Both the position numbers and the translations under genes were made by a program. A DNA stretch of 64,000 nt from the human T2T-CHM13v2.0 reference genome, Homo sapiens. Below are positions 44,501 through 60,432 of this stretch, in pieces. Below the pieces are notes generated by a model. That model did no database searches. It was not told the origin of the DNA and saw nothing but the letters and a program-made list of their open reading frames with translations. Positions within the stretch are counted from its first letter, which is position 1, and every line of letters begins with the position of its first letter. The DNA lies in the NCBI RefSeq assembly GCF_009914755.1, contig NC_060925.1, one strand, 5' to 3'.

Positions 44501-47500
44501 GATCAAATGGAATCGAATGTAATCATCATCAAATGGAATCAAAAATAACCATCATCAATTGGTATTGAATGGAATTGTCATCAAATGGAATTCAAAGGAA
44601 TCATCATCAAATGGAACCGAATGGAATCCTCATTGAATGGAAATGAAAGGGGTCATCATCTAATGGAATCGCATGGAATCATCATCAAATGGAATCGAAT
44701 GGAATCATCATCAAATGGAATCTAATGGAATCATTGAACAGAATTGAATGGAATCGTCATCGAATGAATTGAATGCAATCATCGAATGGTCTCGAATGGA
44801 ATCATCTTCTAATGGAAAGGAATGGAATCATCGCATAGAATCGAATGGAATTATCATCGAATGGAATCGAATGGTATCAACACCAAACGGAAAAAAACGG
44901 AATTATCGAATGGAATCGAAGAGAATCTTCGAACGGACCCGAATGGAATCATCTAATGGAATGGAATGGAATAATCCATGGACTCGAATGCAATCATCAT
45001 CGAATGGAATCGAATGGAATCATCGAATGGACTCGAATGGAATAATCATTGAACGGAATCGAATGGAATCATCATCGGATGGAAACGAATGGAATCATCA
45101 TCGAATGGAAATGAAAGGAGTCATCATCTAATGGAATTGCATGGAATCATCATAAAATGGAATCGAATGGAATCAACATCAAATGGAATCAAATGGAATC
45201 ATTGAACGGAATTGAATGGAATCGTCATCGAATGAATTGAATGCAATCATCGAATGGTCTCGAATGGAATCATCTTCAAATGGAATGGAATGGAATCATC
45301 GCATAGAATCGAATGGAATTATCATCGAATGGAATCGAATGGAATCAACATCAAACGGAAAAAAACGGAATTATCGAATGGAATCGAAGAGAATCATCGA
45401 ATGGACCCGAATGGAATCATCTAATGGAATGGAATGGAATAATCCATGGACTCGAATGCAATCATCATCCAATGGAATCGAATGGAATCATCGAATGGAC
45501 TCGAATGGAATAATCATTGAACGGAATCGAATGGAATCATCATCGGATGGAAATGAATGGAATCATCATCGAATGGAATCGAATAGAATTATGGAATGAA
45601 ATCCAGTGTGATCATCATCGAATGGACCCGAATGGAATCATCATCCAACGGAAGCTAATGGAATCAACATCGAATGAATCGAATGGAAACACCATCGAAT
45701 TGAAACGAATGGAATTATCATGAAATTGAAATGGATGGACTCATCATCGAATGGATTCGAATGGAATCATCGAATAAAATTGATTGAAATCATCATCCAA
45801 TGGAATCGAATGGTATCATTGAATGGAATCGAATGGAATCATCATCAGATGGAAATGAATGGAATCGTCATAGAATGGAATCGAATGGATTCATTGAATG
45901 GAATCAGATGGAATCATCGAATGGACTGGAATGGAATCATTGAATGGACTCGAAAGGGATCATTATTGAATGGAATTGAATGGAATCATCGAATGGTCTC
46001 GATTGGAATCATTATCAAATGGAATCGAATGGAATCACCGAATAGAATCGAATGGAACAATCATCGAATGGACTCAAATGGAATTATCCTCCAATGGAAT
46101 CGAATGGAATTATCGAATGCAATCGAATGGAATTATCGAATGCAATCGAATAGAATCATCGAATGGACTCGAATGGAATCATCAAATGGAATGGAATGGA
46201 ACAGTCAATGAACTCGAATGGAATCATCATTGAATGGAATCGAATGGAATCATCGAGTGGAATCGAATGGAATTATGATCAAATGGAATCGAATGTAATC
46301 ATCATCAAATGGAATCAAAAATAACCATCATCAATTGGTATTGAAAGGAATTGTCATCAAATGGAATTCAAAGGAATCATCATCAAATGGAACCGAATGG
46401 AATCCTCATTGAATGGAAATGAAAGGGGTCATCATCTAATGGAATCGCATGGAATCATCATCAAATGGAATCGAATGGAATCATCATCAAATGGAATCTA
46501 ATGGAATCATTGAACAGAATTGAATGGAATCGTCATCGAATGAATTGAATGCAATCATCGAATGGTCTCGAATGGAATCATCTTCTAATGGAAAGGAATG
46601 GAATCATCGCATAGAATCGAATGGAATTATCATCGAATGGAATCGAATGGTATCAACACCAAACGGAAAAAAACGGAATTATCGAATGGAATCGAAGAGA
46701 ATCTTCGAACGGACCCGAATGGAATCATCTAATGGAATGGAATGGAATAATCCATGGACTCGAATGCAATCATCATCGAATGGAATCGAATGGAATCATC
46801 GAATGGACTCGAATGGAATAATCATTGAACGGAATCGAATGGAATCATCATCGGATGGAAACGAATGGAATCATCATCGAATGGAAATGAAAGGAGTCAT
46901 CATCTAATGGAATTGCATGGAATCATCATAAAATGGAATCGAATGGAATCAACATCAAATGGAATCAAATGGAATCATTGAACGGAATTGAATGGAATCG
47001 TCATCGAATGAATTGAATGCAATCATCGAATGGTCTCGAATGGAATCATCTTCAAATGGAATGGAATGGAATCATCGCATAGAATCGAATGGAATTATCA
47101 TCGAATGGAATCGAATGGAATCAACATCAAACGGAAAAAAACGGAATTATCGAATGGAATCGAAGAGAATCATCGAATGGACCCGAATGGAATCATCTAA
47201 TGGAATGGAATGGAATAATCCATGGACTCGAATGCAATCATCATCCAATGGAATCGAATGGAATCATCGAATGGACTCGAATGGAATAATCATTGAACGG
47301 AATCGAATGGAATCATCATCGGATGGAAATGAATGGAATCATCATCGAATGGAATCGAATAGAATTATGGAATGAAATCCAGTGTGATCATCATCGAATG
47401 GACCCGAATGGAATCATCATCCAACGGAAGCTAATGGAATCAACATCGAATGAATCGAATGGAAACACCATCGAATTGAAACGAATGGAATTATCATGAA

Positions 47501-50500
47501 ATTGAAATGGATGGACTCATCATCGAATGGATTCGAATGGAATCATCGAATAAAATTGATTGAAATCATCATCCAATGGAATCGAATGGTATCATTGAAT
47601 GGAATCGAATGGAATCATCATCAGATGGAAATGAATGGAATCGTCATAGAATGGAATTGAATGGATTCATTGAATGGAATCAGATGGAATCATCGAATGG
47701 ACTGGAATGGAATCATTGAATGGACTCGAAAGGGATCATTATTGAATGGAATTGAATGGAATCATCGAATGGTCTCGATTGGAATCATTATCAAATGGAA
47801 TCGAATGGAATCACCGAATAGAATCGAATGGAACAATCATCGAATGGACTCAAATGGAATTATCCTCCAATGGAATCGAATGGAATTATCGAATGCAATC
47901 GAATGGAATTATCGAATGCAATCGAATAGAATCATCGAATGGACTCGAATGGAATCATCAAATGGAATGGAATGGAACAGTCAATGAACTCGAATGGAAT
48001 CATCATTGAATGGAATCGAATGGAATCATCGAGTGGAATCGAATGGAATTATGATCAAATGGAATCGAATGTAATCATCATCAAATGGAATCAAAAATAA
48101 CCATCATCAATTGGTATTGAAAGGAATTGTCATCAAATGGAATTCAAAGGAATCATCATCAAATGGAACCGAATGGAATCCTCATTGAATGGAAATGAAA
48201 GGGGTCATCATCTAATGGAATCGCATGGAATCATCATCAAATGGAATCGAATGGAATCATCATCAAATGGAATCTAATGGAATCATTGAACAGAATTGAA
48301 TGGAATCGTCATCGAATGAATTGAATGCAATCATCGAATGGTCTCGAATGGAATCATCTTCTAATGGAAAGGAATGGAATCATCGCATAGAATCGAATGG
48401 AATTATCATCGAATGGAATCGAATGGTATCAACACCAAACGGAAAAAAACGGAATTATCGAATGGAATCGAAGAGAATCTTCGAACGGACCCGAATGGAA
48501 TCATCTAATGGAATGGAATGGAATAATCCATGGACTCGAATGCAATCATCATCGAATGGAATCGAATGGAATCATCGAATGGACTCGAATGGAATAATCA
48601 TTGAACGGAATCGAATGGAATCATCATCGGATGGAAACGAATGGAATCATCATCGAATGGAAATGAAAGGAGTCATCACCTAATGGAATTGCATGGAATC
48701 ATCATAAAATGGAATCGAATGGAATCAACATCAAATGGAATCAAATGGAATCATTGAACGGAATTGAATGGAATCGTCATCGAATGAATTGAATGCAATC
48801 ATCGAATGGTCTCGAATGGAATCATCTTCAAATGGAATGGAATGGAATCATCGCATAGAATCGAATGGAATTATCATCGAATGGAATCGAATGGAATCAA
48901 CATCAAACGGAAAAAAACGGAATTATCGAATGGAATCGAAGAGAATCATCGAATGGACCCGAATGGAATCATCTAATGGAATGGAATGGAATAATCCATG
49001 GACTCGAATGCAATCATCATCGAATGGAATCGAATGGAATCATCGAATGGACTCGAATGGAATAATCATTGAACGGAATCGAATGGAATCATCATCGGAT
49101 GGAAATGAATGGAATCATCATCGAATGGAATCGAATAGAATTATGGAATGAAATCCAGTGTGATCATCATCGAATGGACCCGAATGGAATCATCATCCAA
49201 CGGAAGCTAATGGAATCAACATCGAATGAATCAAATGGAAACACCACCGAATTGAAACGAATGGAATTACCATGAAATTGAAATGGATGGACTCATCATC
49301 GAATGGATTCGAATGGAATCATCGAATAAAATTGATTGAAATCATCATCCAATGGAATCGAACGGTATCAGTGAATGGAATCGAATGGAATCATCATCAC
49401 ATGGAAATGAATGGAATCGTCATAGAATGGAATCGAATGGATTCATTGAATGGAATCAGATGGAATCATCGAATGGACTGGAATGGAATCATTGAATGGA
49501 CTCGAAAGGGATCATTATTGAATGGAATTGAATGGAATCATCGAATGGTCTCGATTGGAATCATTATCAAATGGAATCGAATGGAATCACCGAATAGAAT
49601 CGAATGGAACAATCATCGAATGGACTCAAATGGAATTATCCTCCAATGGAATCGAATGGAATTATCAAATGCAATCGAATGGAATTATCGAATGCAATCG
49701 AATAGAATCATCGAATGGACTCGAATGGAATCATCAAATGGAATGGAATGGAACAGTCAATGAACTCGAATGGAATCATCATTGAATGGAATCGAATGGA
49801 ATCATCGAGTGGAATCGAATGGAATTATGATCAAATGGAATCGAATGTTATCATCATCAAATGGAATCAAAAATAAACATCATCAATTGGTATTGAATGG
49901 AATTGTCATCAAATGGAATTCAAAGGAATCATCATCAAATGGAACCGAATGGAATCCTCATTGAATGGAAATGAAAGGGGTCATCATCTAATGGAATCGC
50001 ATGGAATCATCATCAAATGGAATCGAATGGAATCATCATCAAATGGAATCTAATGGAATCATTGAACAGAATTGAATGGAATCGTCATCGAATGAATTGA
50101 ATGCAATCATCGAATGGTCTCGAATGGAATCATCTTCTAATGGAAAGGAATGGAATCATCGCATAGAATCGAATGGAATTATCATCGAATGGAATCGAAT
50201 GGTATCAACACCAAACGGAAAAAAAACGGAATTATCGAATGGAATCGAAGAGAATCTTCGAACGGACCCGAATGGAATCATCTAATGGAATGGAATGGAA
50301 TAATCCATGAACTCGAATGCAATCATCATCGAATGGAATCGAATGGAATCATCGAATGGACTCGAATGGAATAATCATTGAACGGAATCGAATGGAATCA
50401 TCATCGGATGGAAACGAATGGAATCATCATCGAATGGAAATGAAAGGAGTCATCATCTAATGGAATTGCATGGAATCATCATAAAATGGAATCGAATGGA

Positions 50501-53327
50501 ATCAACATCAAATGGAATCAAATGGAATCATTGAACGGAATTGAATGGAATCGTCATCGAATGAATTGACTGCAATCATCCAATGGTCTCGAATGGAATC
50601 ATCTTCAAATGGAATGGAATGGAATCATCGCATAGAATCGAATGGAATTATCATCGAATGGAATCGAATGGAATCAACATCAAACGGAAAAAAACGGAAT
50701 TATCGAATGGAATCGAAGAGAATCATCGAATGGACCCGAATGGAATCATCTAATGGAATGGAATGGAATAATCCATGGACTCGAATGCAATCATCATCGA
50801 ATGGAATCGAATGGAATCATCGAATGGACTCGAATGGAATAATCATTGAACGGAATCGAATGGAATCATCATCGGATGGATATGAATGGAATCATCATCG
50901 AATGGAATCGAATAGAATTATGGAATGAAATCCAGTGTGATCATCATCGAATGGACCCGAATGGAATCATCATCCAACGGAAGCTAATGGAATCAACATC
51001 GAATGAATCAAATGGAAACACCATCGAATTGAAACGAATGGAATTATCATGAAATTGAAATGGATGGACTCATCATCGAATGGATTCGAATGGAATCATC
51101 GAATAAAATTGATTGAAATCATCATCCAATGGAATCGAATGGTATCAGTGAATGGAATCGAATGGAATCATCATCACATGGAAATGAATGGAATCGTCAT
51201 AGAATGGAATCGAATGGATTCATTGAATGGAATCAGATGGAATCATCGAATGGACTGGAATGGAATCATTGAATGGACTCGAAAGGGATCATTATTGAAT
51301 GGAATTGAATGGAATCATCGAATGGTCTCGATTGGAATCATTATCAAATGGAATCGAATGGAATCACCGAATAGAATCGAATGGAACAATCATCGAATGG
51401 ACTCAAATGGAATTATCCTCCAATGGAATCGAATGGAATTATCGAATGCAATCGAATGGAATTATCGAATGCAATCGAATAGAATCATCGAATGGACTCG
51501 AATGGAATCATCGAATGGAATGGAATGGAACAGTCAATGAACTCGAATGGAATCATCATTGAATGGAATCGAATGGAATCATCGAGTGGAATCGAATGGA
51601 ATTATGATCAAATGGAATCGAATGTAATCATCATCAAATGGAATCAAAAATAACCATCATCAATTGGTATTGAATGGAATTGTCATCAAATGGAATTCAA
51701 AGGAATCATCATCAAATGGAACCGAATGGAATCCTCATTGAATGGAAATGAAAGGGGTCATCATCTAATGGAATCGCATGGAATCATCATCAAATGGAAT
51801 CGAATGGAATCATCATCAAATGGAATCTAATGGAATCATTGAACAGAATTGAATGGAATCGTCATCGAATGAATTGAATGCAATCATCGAATGGTCTCGA
51901 ATGGAATCATCTTCTAATGGAAAGGAATGGAATCATCGCATAGAATCGAATGGAATTATCATCGAATGGAATCGAATGGTATCAACACCAAACGGAAAAA
52001 AACGGAATTATCGAATGGAATCGAAGAGAATCTTCGAACGGACCCGAATGGAATCATCTAATGGAATGGAATGGAATAATCCATGGACTCGAATGCAATC
52101 ATCATCGAATGGAATCGAATGGAATCATCGAATGGACTCGAATGGAATAATCATTGAACGGAATCGAATGGAATCATCATCGGATGGAAACGAATGGAAT
52201 CATCATCGAATGGAAATGAAAGGAGTCATCATCTAATGGAATTGCATGGAATCATCATAAAATGGAATCGAATGGAATCAACATCAAATGGAATCAAATG
52301 GAATCATTGAACGGAATTGAATGGAATCGTCATCGAATGAATTGAATGCAATCATCGAATGGTCTCGAATGGAATCATCTTCAAATGGAATGGAATGGAA
52401 TCATCGCATAGAATCGAATGGAATTATCATCGAATGGAATCGAATGGAATCAACATCAAACGGAAAAAAACGGAATTATCGAATGGAATCGAAGAGAATC
52501 ATCGAATGGACCCGAATGGAATCATCTAATGGAATGGAATGGAATAATCCATGGACTCGAATGCAATCATCATCCAATGGAATCGAATGGAATCATCGAA
52601 TGGACTCGAATGGAATAATCATTGAACGGAATCGAATGGAATCATCATCGGATGGAAATGAATGGAATCATCATCGAATGGAATCGAATAGAATTATGGA
52701 ATGAAATCCAGTGTGATCATCATCGAATGGACCCGAATGGAATCATCATCCAACGGAAGCTAATGGAATCAACATCGAATGAATCGAATGGAAACACCAT
52801 CGAATTGAAACGAATGGAATTATCATGAAATTGAAATGGATGGACTCATCATCGAATGGATTCGAATGGAATCATCGAATAAAATTGATTGAAATCATCA
52901 TCCAATGGAATCGAATGGTATCATTGAATGGAATCGAATGGAATCATCATCAGATGGAAATGAATGGAATCGTCATAGAATGGAATCGAATGGATTCATT
53001 GAATGGAATCAGATGGAATCATCGAATGGACTGGAATGGAATCATTGAATGGACTCGAAAGGGATCATTATTGAATGGAATTGAATGGAATCATCGAATG
53101 GTCTCGATTGGAATCATTATCAAATGGAATCGAATGGAATCACCGAATAGAATCGAATGGAACAATCATCGAATGGACTCAAATGGAATTATCCTCCAAT
53201 GGAATCGAATGGAATTATCGAATGCAATCGAATGGAATTATCGAATGCAATCGAATAGAATCATCGAATGGACTCGAATGGAATCATCAAATGGAATGGA
53301 ATGGAACAGTCAATGAACTCGAATGGA
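35565..53327 (+). repeat. Tetrameric higher-order repeat, about 2.5 x 7105 bp (1777 + 3 x 1776)
   Basis: Units carrying A8, GGATATG, CAGTG and CACATG start at 35565, 42670 and 49775. ATAGAATGGAATTG recurs near 40550 and 47655, CATCACCT near 41574 and 48679, and GAACGGTATCAGTG near 42255 and 49360, all 7105 bp apart. Confidence 0.88.
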
Positions 53328-56300
53328 ATCATCATTGAATGGAATCGAATGGAATCATCGAGTGGAATCGAATGGAATTATGATCAAATGGAATCGAATG
53401 TAATCATCATCAAATGGAATCAAAAATAACCATCATCAATTGGTATTGAAAGGAATTGTCATCAAATGGAATTCAAAGGAATCATCATCAAATGGAACCG
53501 AATGGAATCCTCATTGAATGGAAATGAAAGGGGTCATCATCTAATGGAATCGCATGGAATCATCATCAAATGGAATCGAATGGAATCATCATCAAATGGA
53601 ATCTAATGGAATCATTGAACAGAATTGAATGGAATCGTCATCGAATGAATTGAATGCAATCATCGAATGGTCTCGAATGGAATCATCTTCTAATGGAAAG
53701 GAATGGAATCATCGCATAGAATCGAATGGAATTATCATCGAATGGAATCGAATGGTATCAACACCAAACGGAAAAAAACGGAATTATCGAATGGAATCGA
53801 AGAGAATCTTCGAACGGACCCGAATGGAATCATCTAATGGAATGGAATGGAATAATCCATGGACTCGAATGCAATCATCATCGAATGGAATCGAATGGAA
53901 TCATCGAATGGACTCGAATGGAATAATCATTGAACGGAATCGAATGGAATCATCATCGGATGGAAACGAATGGAATCATCATCGAATGGAAATGAAAGGA
54001 GTCATCACCTAATGGAATTGCATGGAATCATCATAAAATGGAATCGAATGGAATCAACATCAAATGGAATCAAATGGAATCATTGAACGGAATTGAATGG
54101 AATCGTCATCGAATGAATTGAATGCAATCATCGAATGGTCTCGAATGGAATCATCTTCAAATGGAATGGAATGGAATCATCGCATAGAATCGAATGGAAT
54201 TATCATCGAATGGAATCGAATGGAATCAACATCAAACGGAAAAAAACGGAATTATCGAATGGAATCGAAGAGAATCATCGAATGGACCCGAATGGAATCA
54301 TCTAATGGAATGGAATGGAATAATCCATGGACTCGAATGCAATCATCATCGAATGGAATCGAATGGAATCATCGAATGGACTCGAATGGAATAATCATTG
54401 AACGGAATCGAATGGAATCATCATCGGATGGAAATGAATGGAATCATCATCGAATGGAATCGAATAGAATTATGGAATGAAATCCAGTGTGATCATCATC
54501 GAATGGACCCGAATGGAATCATCATCCAACGGAAGCTAATGGAATCAACATCGAATGAATCAAATGGAAACACCATCGAATTGAAACGAATGGAATTATC
54601 ATGAAATTGAAATGGATGGACTCATCATCGAATGGATTCGAATGGAATCATCGAATAAAATTGATTGAAATCATCATCCAATGGAATCGAATGGTATCAG
54701 TGAATGGAATCGAATGGAATCATCATCACATGGAAATGAATGGAATCGTCATAGAATGGAATCGAATGGATTCATTGAATGGAATCAGATGGAATCATCG
54801 AATGGACTGGAATGGAATCATTGAATGGACTCGAAAGGGATCATTATTGAATGGAATTGAATGGAATCATCGAATGGTCTCGATTGGAATCATTATCAAA
54901 TGGAATCGAATGGAATCACCGAATAGAATCGAATGGAACAATCATCGAATGGACTCAAATGGAATTATCCTCCAATGGAATCGAATGGAATTATCGAATG
55001 CAATCGAATGGAATTATCGAATGCAATCGAATAGAATCATCGAATGGACTCGAATGGAATCATCGAATGGAATGGAATGGAACAGTCAATGAACTCGAAT
55101 GGAATCATCATTGAATGGAATCGAATGGAATCATCGAGTGGAATCGAATGGAATTATGATCAAATGGAATCGAATGTAATCATCATCAAATGGAATCAAA
55201 AATAACCATCATCAATTGGTATTGAATGGAATTGTCATCAAATGGAATTCAAAGGAATCATCATCAAATGGAACCGAATGGAATCCTCATTGAATGGAAA
55301 TGAAAGGGGTCATCATCTAATGGAATCGCATGGAATCATCATCAAATGGAATCGAATGGAATCATCATCAAATGGAATCTAATGGAATCATTGAACAGAA
55401 TTGAATGGAATCGTCATCGAATGAATTGAATGCAATCATCGAATGGTCTCGAATGGAATCATCTTCTAATGGAAAGGAATGGAATCATCGCATAGAATCG
55501 AATGGAATTATCATCGAATGGAATCGAATGGTATCAACACCAAACGGAAAAAAACGGAATTATCGAATGGAATCGAAGAGAATCTTCGAACGGACCCGAA
55601 TGGAATCATCTAATGGAATGGAATGGAATAATCCATGGACTCGAATGCAATCATCATCGAATGGAATCGAATGGAATCATCGAATGGACTCGAATGGAAT
55701 AATCATTGAACGGAATCGAATGGAATCATCATCGGATGGAAACGAATGGAATCATCATCGAATGGAAATGAAAGGAGTCATCATCTAATGGAATTGCATG
55801 GAATCATCATAAAATGGAATCGAATGGAATCAACATCAAATGGAATCAAATGGAATCATTGAACGGAATTGAATGGAATCGTCATCGAATGAATTGAATG
55901 CAATCATCGAATGGTCTCGAATGGAATCATCTTCAAATGGAATGGAATGGAATCATCGCATAGAATCGAATGGAATTATCATCGAATGGAATCGAATGGA
56001 ATCAACATCAAACGGAAAAAAACGGAATTATCGAATGGAATCGAAGAGAATCATCGAATGGACCCGAATGGAATCATCTAATGGAATGGAATGGAATAAT
56101 CCATGGACTCGAATGCAATCATCATCCAATGGAATCGAATGGAATCATCGAATGGACTCGAATGGAATAATCATTGAACGGAATCGAATGGAATCATCAT
56201 CGGATGGAAATGAATGGAATCATCATCGAATGGAATCGAATAGAATTATGGAATGAAATCCAGTGTGATCATCATCGAATGGACCCGAATGGAATCATCA

Positions 56301-59300
56301 TCCAACGGAAGCTAATGGAATCAACATCGAATGAATCGAATGGAAACACCATCGAATTGAAACGAATGGAATTATCATGAAATTGAAATGGATGGACTCA
56401 TCATCGAATGGATTCGAATGGAATCATCGAATAAAATTGATTGAAATCATCATCCAATGGAATCGAATGGTATCATTGAATGGAATCGAATGGAATCATC
56501 ATCAGATGGAAATGAATGGAATCGTCATAGAATGGAATCGAATGGATTCATTGAATGGAATCAGATGGAATCATCGAATGGACTGGAATGGAATCATTGA
56601 ATGGACTCGAAAGGGATCATTATTGAATGGAATTGAATGGAATCATCGAATGGTCTCGATTGGAATCATTATCAAATGGAATCGAATGGAATCACCGAAT
56701 AGAATCGAATGGAACAATCATCGAATGGACTCAAATGGAATTATCCTCCAATGGAATCGAATGGAATTATCGAATGCAATCGAATGGAATTATCGAATGC
56801 AATCGAATAGAATCATCGAATGGACTCGAATGGAATCATCAAATGGAATGGAATGGAACAGTCAATGAACTCGAATGGAATCATCATTGAATGGAATCGA
56901 ATGGAATCATCGAGTGGAATCGAATGGAATTATGATCAAATGGAATCGAATGTAATCATCATCAAATGGAATCAAAAATAACCATCATCAATTGGTATTG
57001 AAAGGAATTGTCATCAAATGGAATTCAAAGGAATCATCATCAAATGGAACCGAATGGAATCCTCATTGAATGGAAATGAAAGGGGTCATCATCTAATGGA
57101 ATCGCATGGAATCATCATCAAATGGAATCGAATGGAATCATCATCAAATGGAATCTAATGGAATCATTGAACAGAATTGAATGGAATCGTCATCGAATGA
57201 ATTGAATGCAATCATCGAATGGTCTCGAATGGAATCATCTTCTAATGGAAAGGAATGGAATCATCGCATAGAATCGAATGGAATTATCATCGAATGGAAT
57301 CGAATGGTATCAACACCAAACGGAAAAAAACGGAATTATCGAATGGAATCGAAGAGAATCTTCGAACGGACCCGAATGGAATCATCTAATGGAATGGAAT
57401 GGAATAATCCATGGACTCGAATGCAATCATCATCGAATGGAATCGAATGGAATCATCGAATGGACTCGAATGGAATAATCATTGAACGGAATCGAATGGA
57501 ATCATCATCGGATGGAAACGAATGGAATCATCATCGAATGGAAATGAAAGGAGTCATCACCTAATGGAATTGCATGGAATCATCATAAAATGGAATCGAA
57601 TGGAATCAACATCAAATGGAATCAAATGGAATCATTGAACGGAATTGAATGGAATCGTCATCGAATGAATTGAATGCAATCATCGAATGGTCTCGAATGG
57701 AATCATCTTCAAATGGAATGGAATGGAATCATCGCATAGAATCGAATGGAATTATCATCGAATGGAATCGAATGGAATCAACATCAAACGGAAAAAAACG
57801 GAATTATCGAATGGAATCGAAGAGAATCATCGAATGGACCCGAATGGAATCATCTAATGGAATGGAATGGAATAATCCATGGACTCGAATGCAATCATCA
57901 TCGAATGGAATCGAATGGAATCATCGAATGGACTCGAATGGAATAATCATTGAACGGAATCGAATGGAATCATCATCGGATGGAAATGAATGGAATCATC
58001 ATCGAATGGAATCGAATAGAATTATGGAATGAAATCCAGTGTGATCATCATCGAATGGACCCGAATGGAATCATCATCCAACGGAAGCTAATGGAATCAA
58101 CATCGAATGAATCAAATGGAAACACCACCGGATTGAAACGAATGGAATTACCATGAAATTGAAATGGATGGACTCATCATCGAATGGATTCGAATGGAAT
58201 CATCGAATAAAATTGATTGAAATCATCATCGAATGGAATCGAATGGTATCATTGAATGGAATCGAATGGAATCATCATCAGATGGAAATGAATGGAATCG
58301 TCATAGAATGGAATCGAATGGATTCATTGAATGGAATCAGATGGAATCATCGAATGGACTGGAATGGAATCATTGAATGGACTCGAAAGGGATCATGATT
58401 GAATGGAATTGAATGGAATCATCGAATGGTCTCGATTGGAATCATTATCAAATGGAATCGAATGGAATCACCGAATAGAATCGAATGGAACAATCATCGA
58501 ATGGACTCAAATGGAATTATCCTCCAATGGAATCGAATGGAATTATCAAATGCAATCGAATGGAATTATCGAATGCAATCGAATAGAATCATCGAATGGA
58601 CTCGAATGGAATCATCGAATGGAATGGAATGGAACAGTCAATGAACTCGAATGGAATCATCATTGAATGGAATCGAATGGAATCATCGAGTGGAATCGAA
58701 TGGAATTATGATCAAATGGAATCGAATGTTATCATCATCAAATGGAATCAAAAATAAACATCATCAATTGGTATTGAATGGAATTGTCATCAAATGGAAT
58801 TCAAAGGAATCATCATCAAATGGAACCGAATGGAATCCTCATTGAATGGAAATGAAAGGGGTCATCATCTAATGGAATCGCATGGAATCATCATCAAATG
58901 GAATCGAATGGAATCATCATCAAATGGAATCTAATGGAATCATTGAACAGAATTGAATGGAATCGTCATCGAATGAATTGAATGCAATCATCGAATGGTC
59001 TCGAATGGAATCATCTTCTAATGGAAAGGAATGGAATCATCGCATAGAATCGAATGGAATTATCATCGAATGGAATCGAATGGTATCAACACCAAACGGA
59101 AAAAAAACGGAATTATCGAATGGAATCGAAGAGAATCTTCGAACGGACCCGAATGGAATCATCTAATGGAATGGAATGGAATAATCCATGAACTCGAATG
59201 CAATCATCATCGAATGGAATCGAATGGAATCATCGAATGGACTCGAATGGAATAATCATTGAACGGAATCGAATGGAATCATCATCGGATGGAAACGAAT

Positions 59301-60432
59301 GGAATCATCATCGAATGGAAATGAAAGGAGTCATCATCTAATGGAATTGCATGGAATCATCATAAAATGGAATCGAATGGAATCAACATCAAATGGAATC
59401 AAATGGAATCATTGAACGGAATTGAATGGAATCGTCATCGAATGAATTGACTGCAATCATCCAATGGTCTCGAATGGAATCATCTTCAAATGGAATGGAA
59501 TGGAATCATCGCATAGAATCGAATGGAATTATCATCGAATGGAATCGAATGGAATCAACATCCAACGGAAAAAAACGGAATTATCGAATGGAATCGAAGA
59601 GAATCATCGAATGGACCCGAATGGAATCATCTAATGGAATGGAATTGAATAATCGCTGGACTCGAATGCAATCATCATCGAATGGAATCGAATGGAATCA
59701 TCGAATGGACTCGAATGGAATAATCATTGAACGGAATAGAATGGAATCATCATCGGATGGAAATGAATGGAATCATCATCGAATGGAATCGAATAGAATT
59801 ATGGAATGAAATCCAGTGTGATCATCATCGAATGGACCCGAATGGAATCATCATCCAACGGAAGCTAATGGAATCAACATCGAATGAATCGAATGGAAAC
59901 ACCATCGAATTGAAACGAATGGAATTATCATGAAATTGAAATGGATGGACTCATCATCGAATGGATTCGAATGGAATCGTCGAATAAAATTGATTGAAAT
60001 CATCATCGAATGGAATCGAATGGTATCATTGAATGGAATCGAATGGAATCATCATCAGATGGAAATGAATGGAATCGTCATAGAATGGAATCGAATGGAT
60101 TCATTGAATGGAATCAGATGGAATCATCGAATGGACTGGAATGGAATCATTGAATGGACTCGAAAGGGATCATGATTGAATGGAATTGAATGGAATCATC
60201 GAATGGTCTCGATTGGAATCATTATCAAATGGAATCGAATGGAATCACCGAATAGAATCGAATGGAACAATCATCGAATGGACTCAAATGGAATTATCCT
60301 CCAATGGAATCGAATGGAATTATCAAATGCAATCGAATGGAATTATCGAATGCAATCGAATAGAATCATCGAATGGACTCGAATGGAATCATCGAATGGA
60401 ATGGAATGGAACAGTCAATGAACTCGAATGGA

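Noticed and set aside
21512-56868. Longer 163-aa ORF in central units
   Set aside because: It results from one G>T change (CATGATT to CATTATT) that removes a TGA. It is useful as a lineage marker but is not evidence of coding function.
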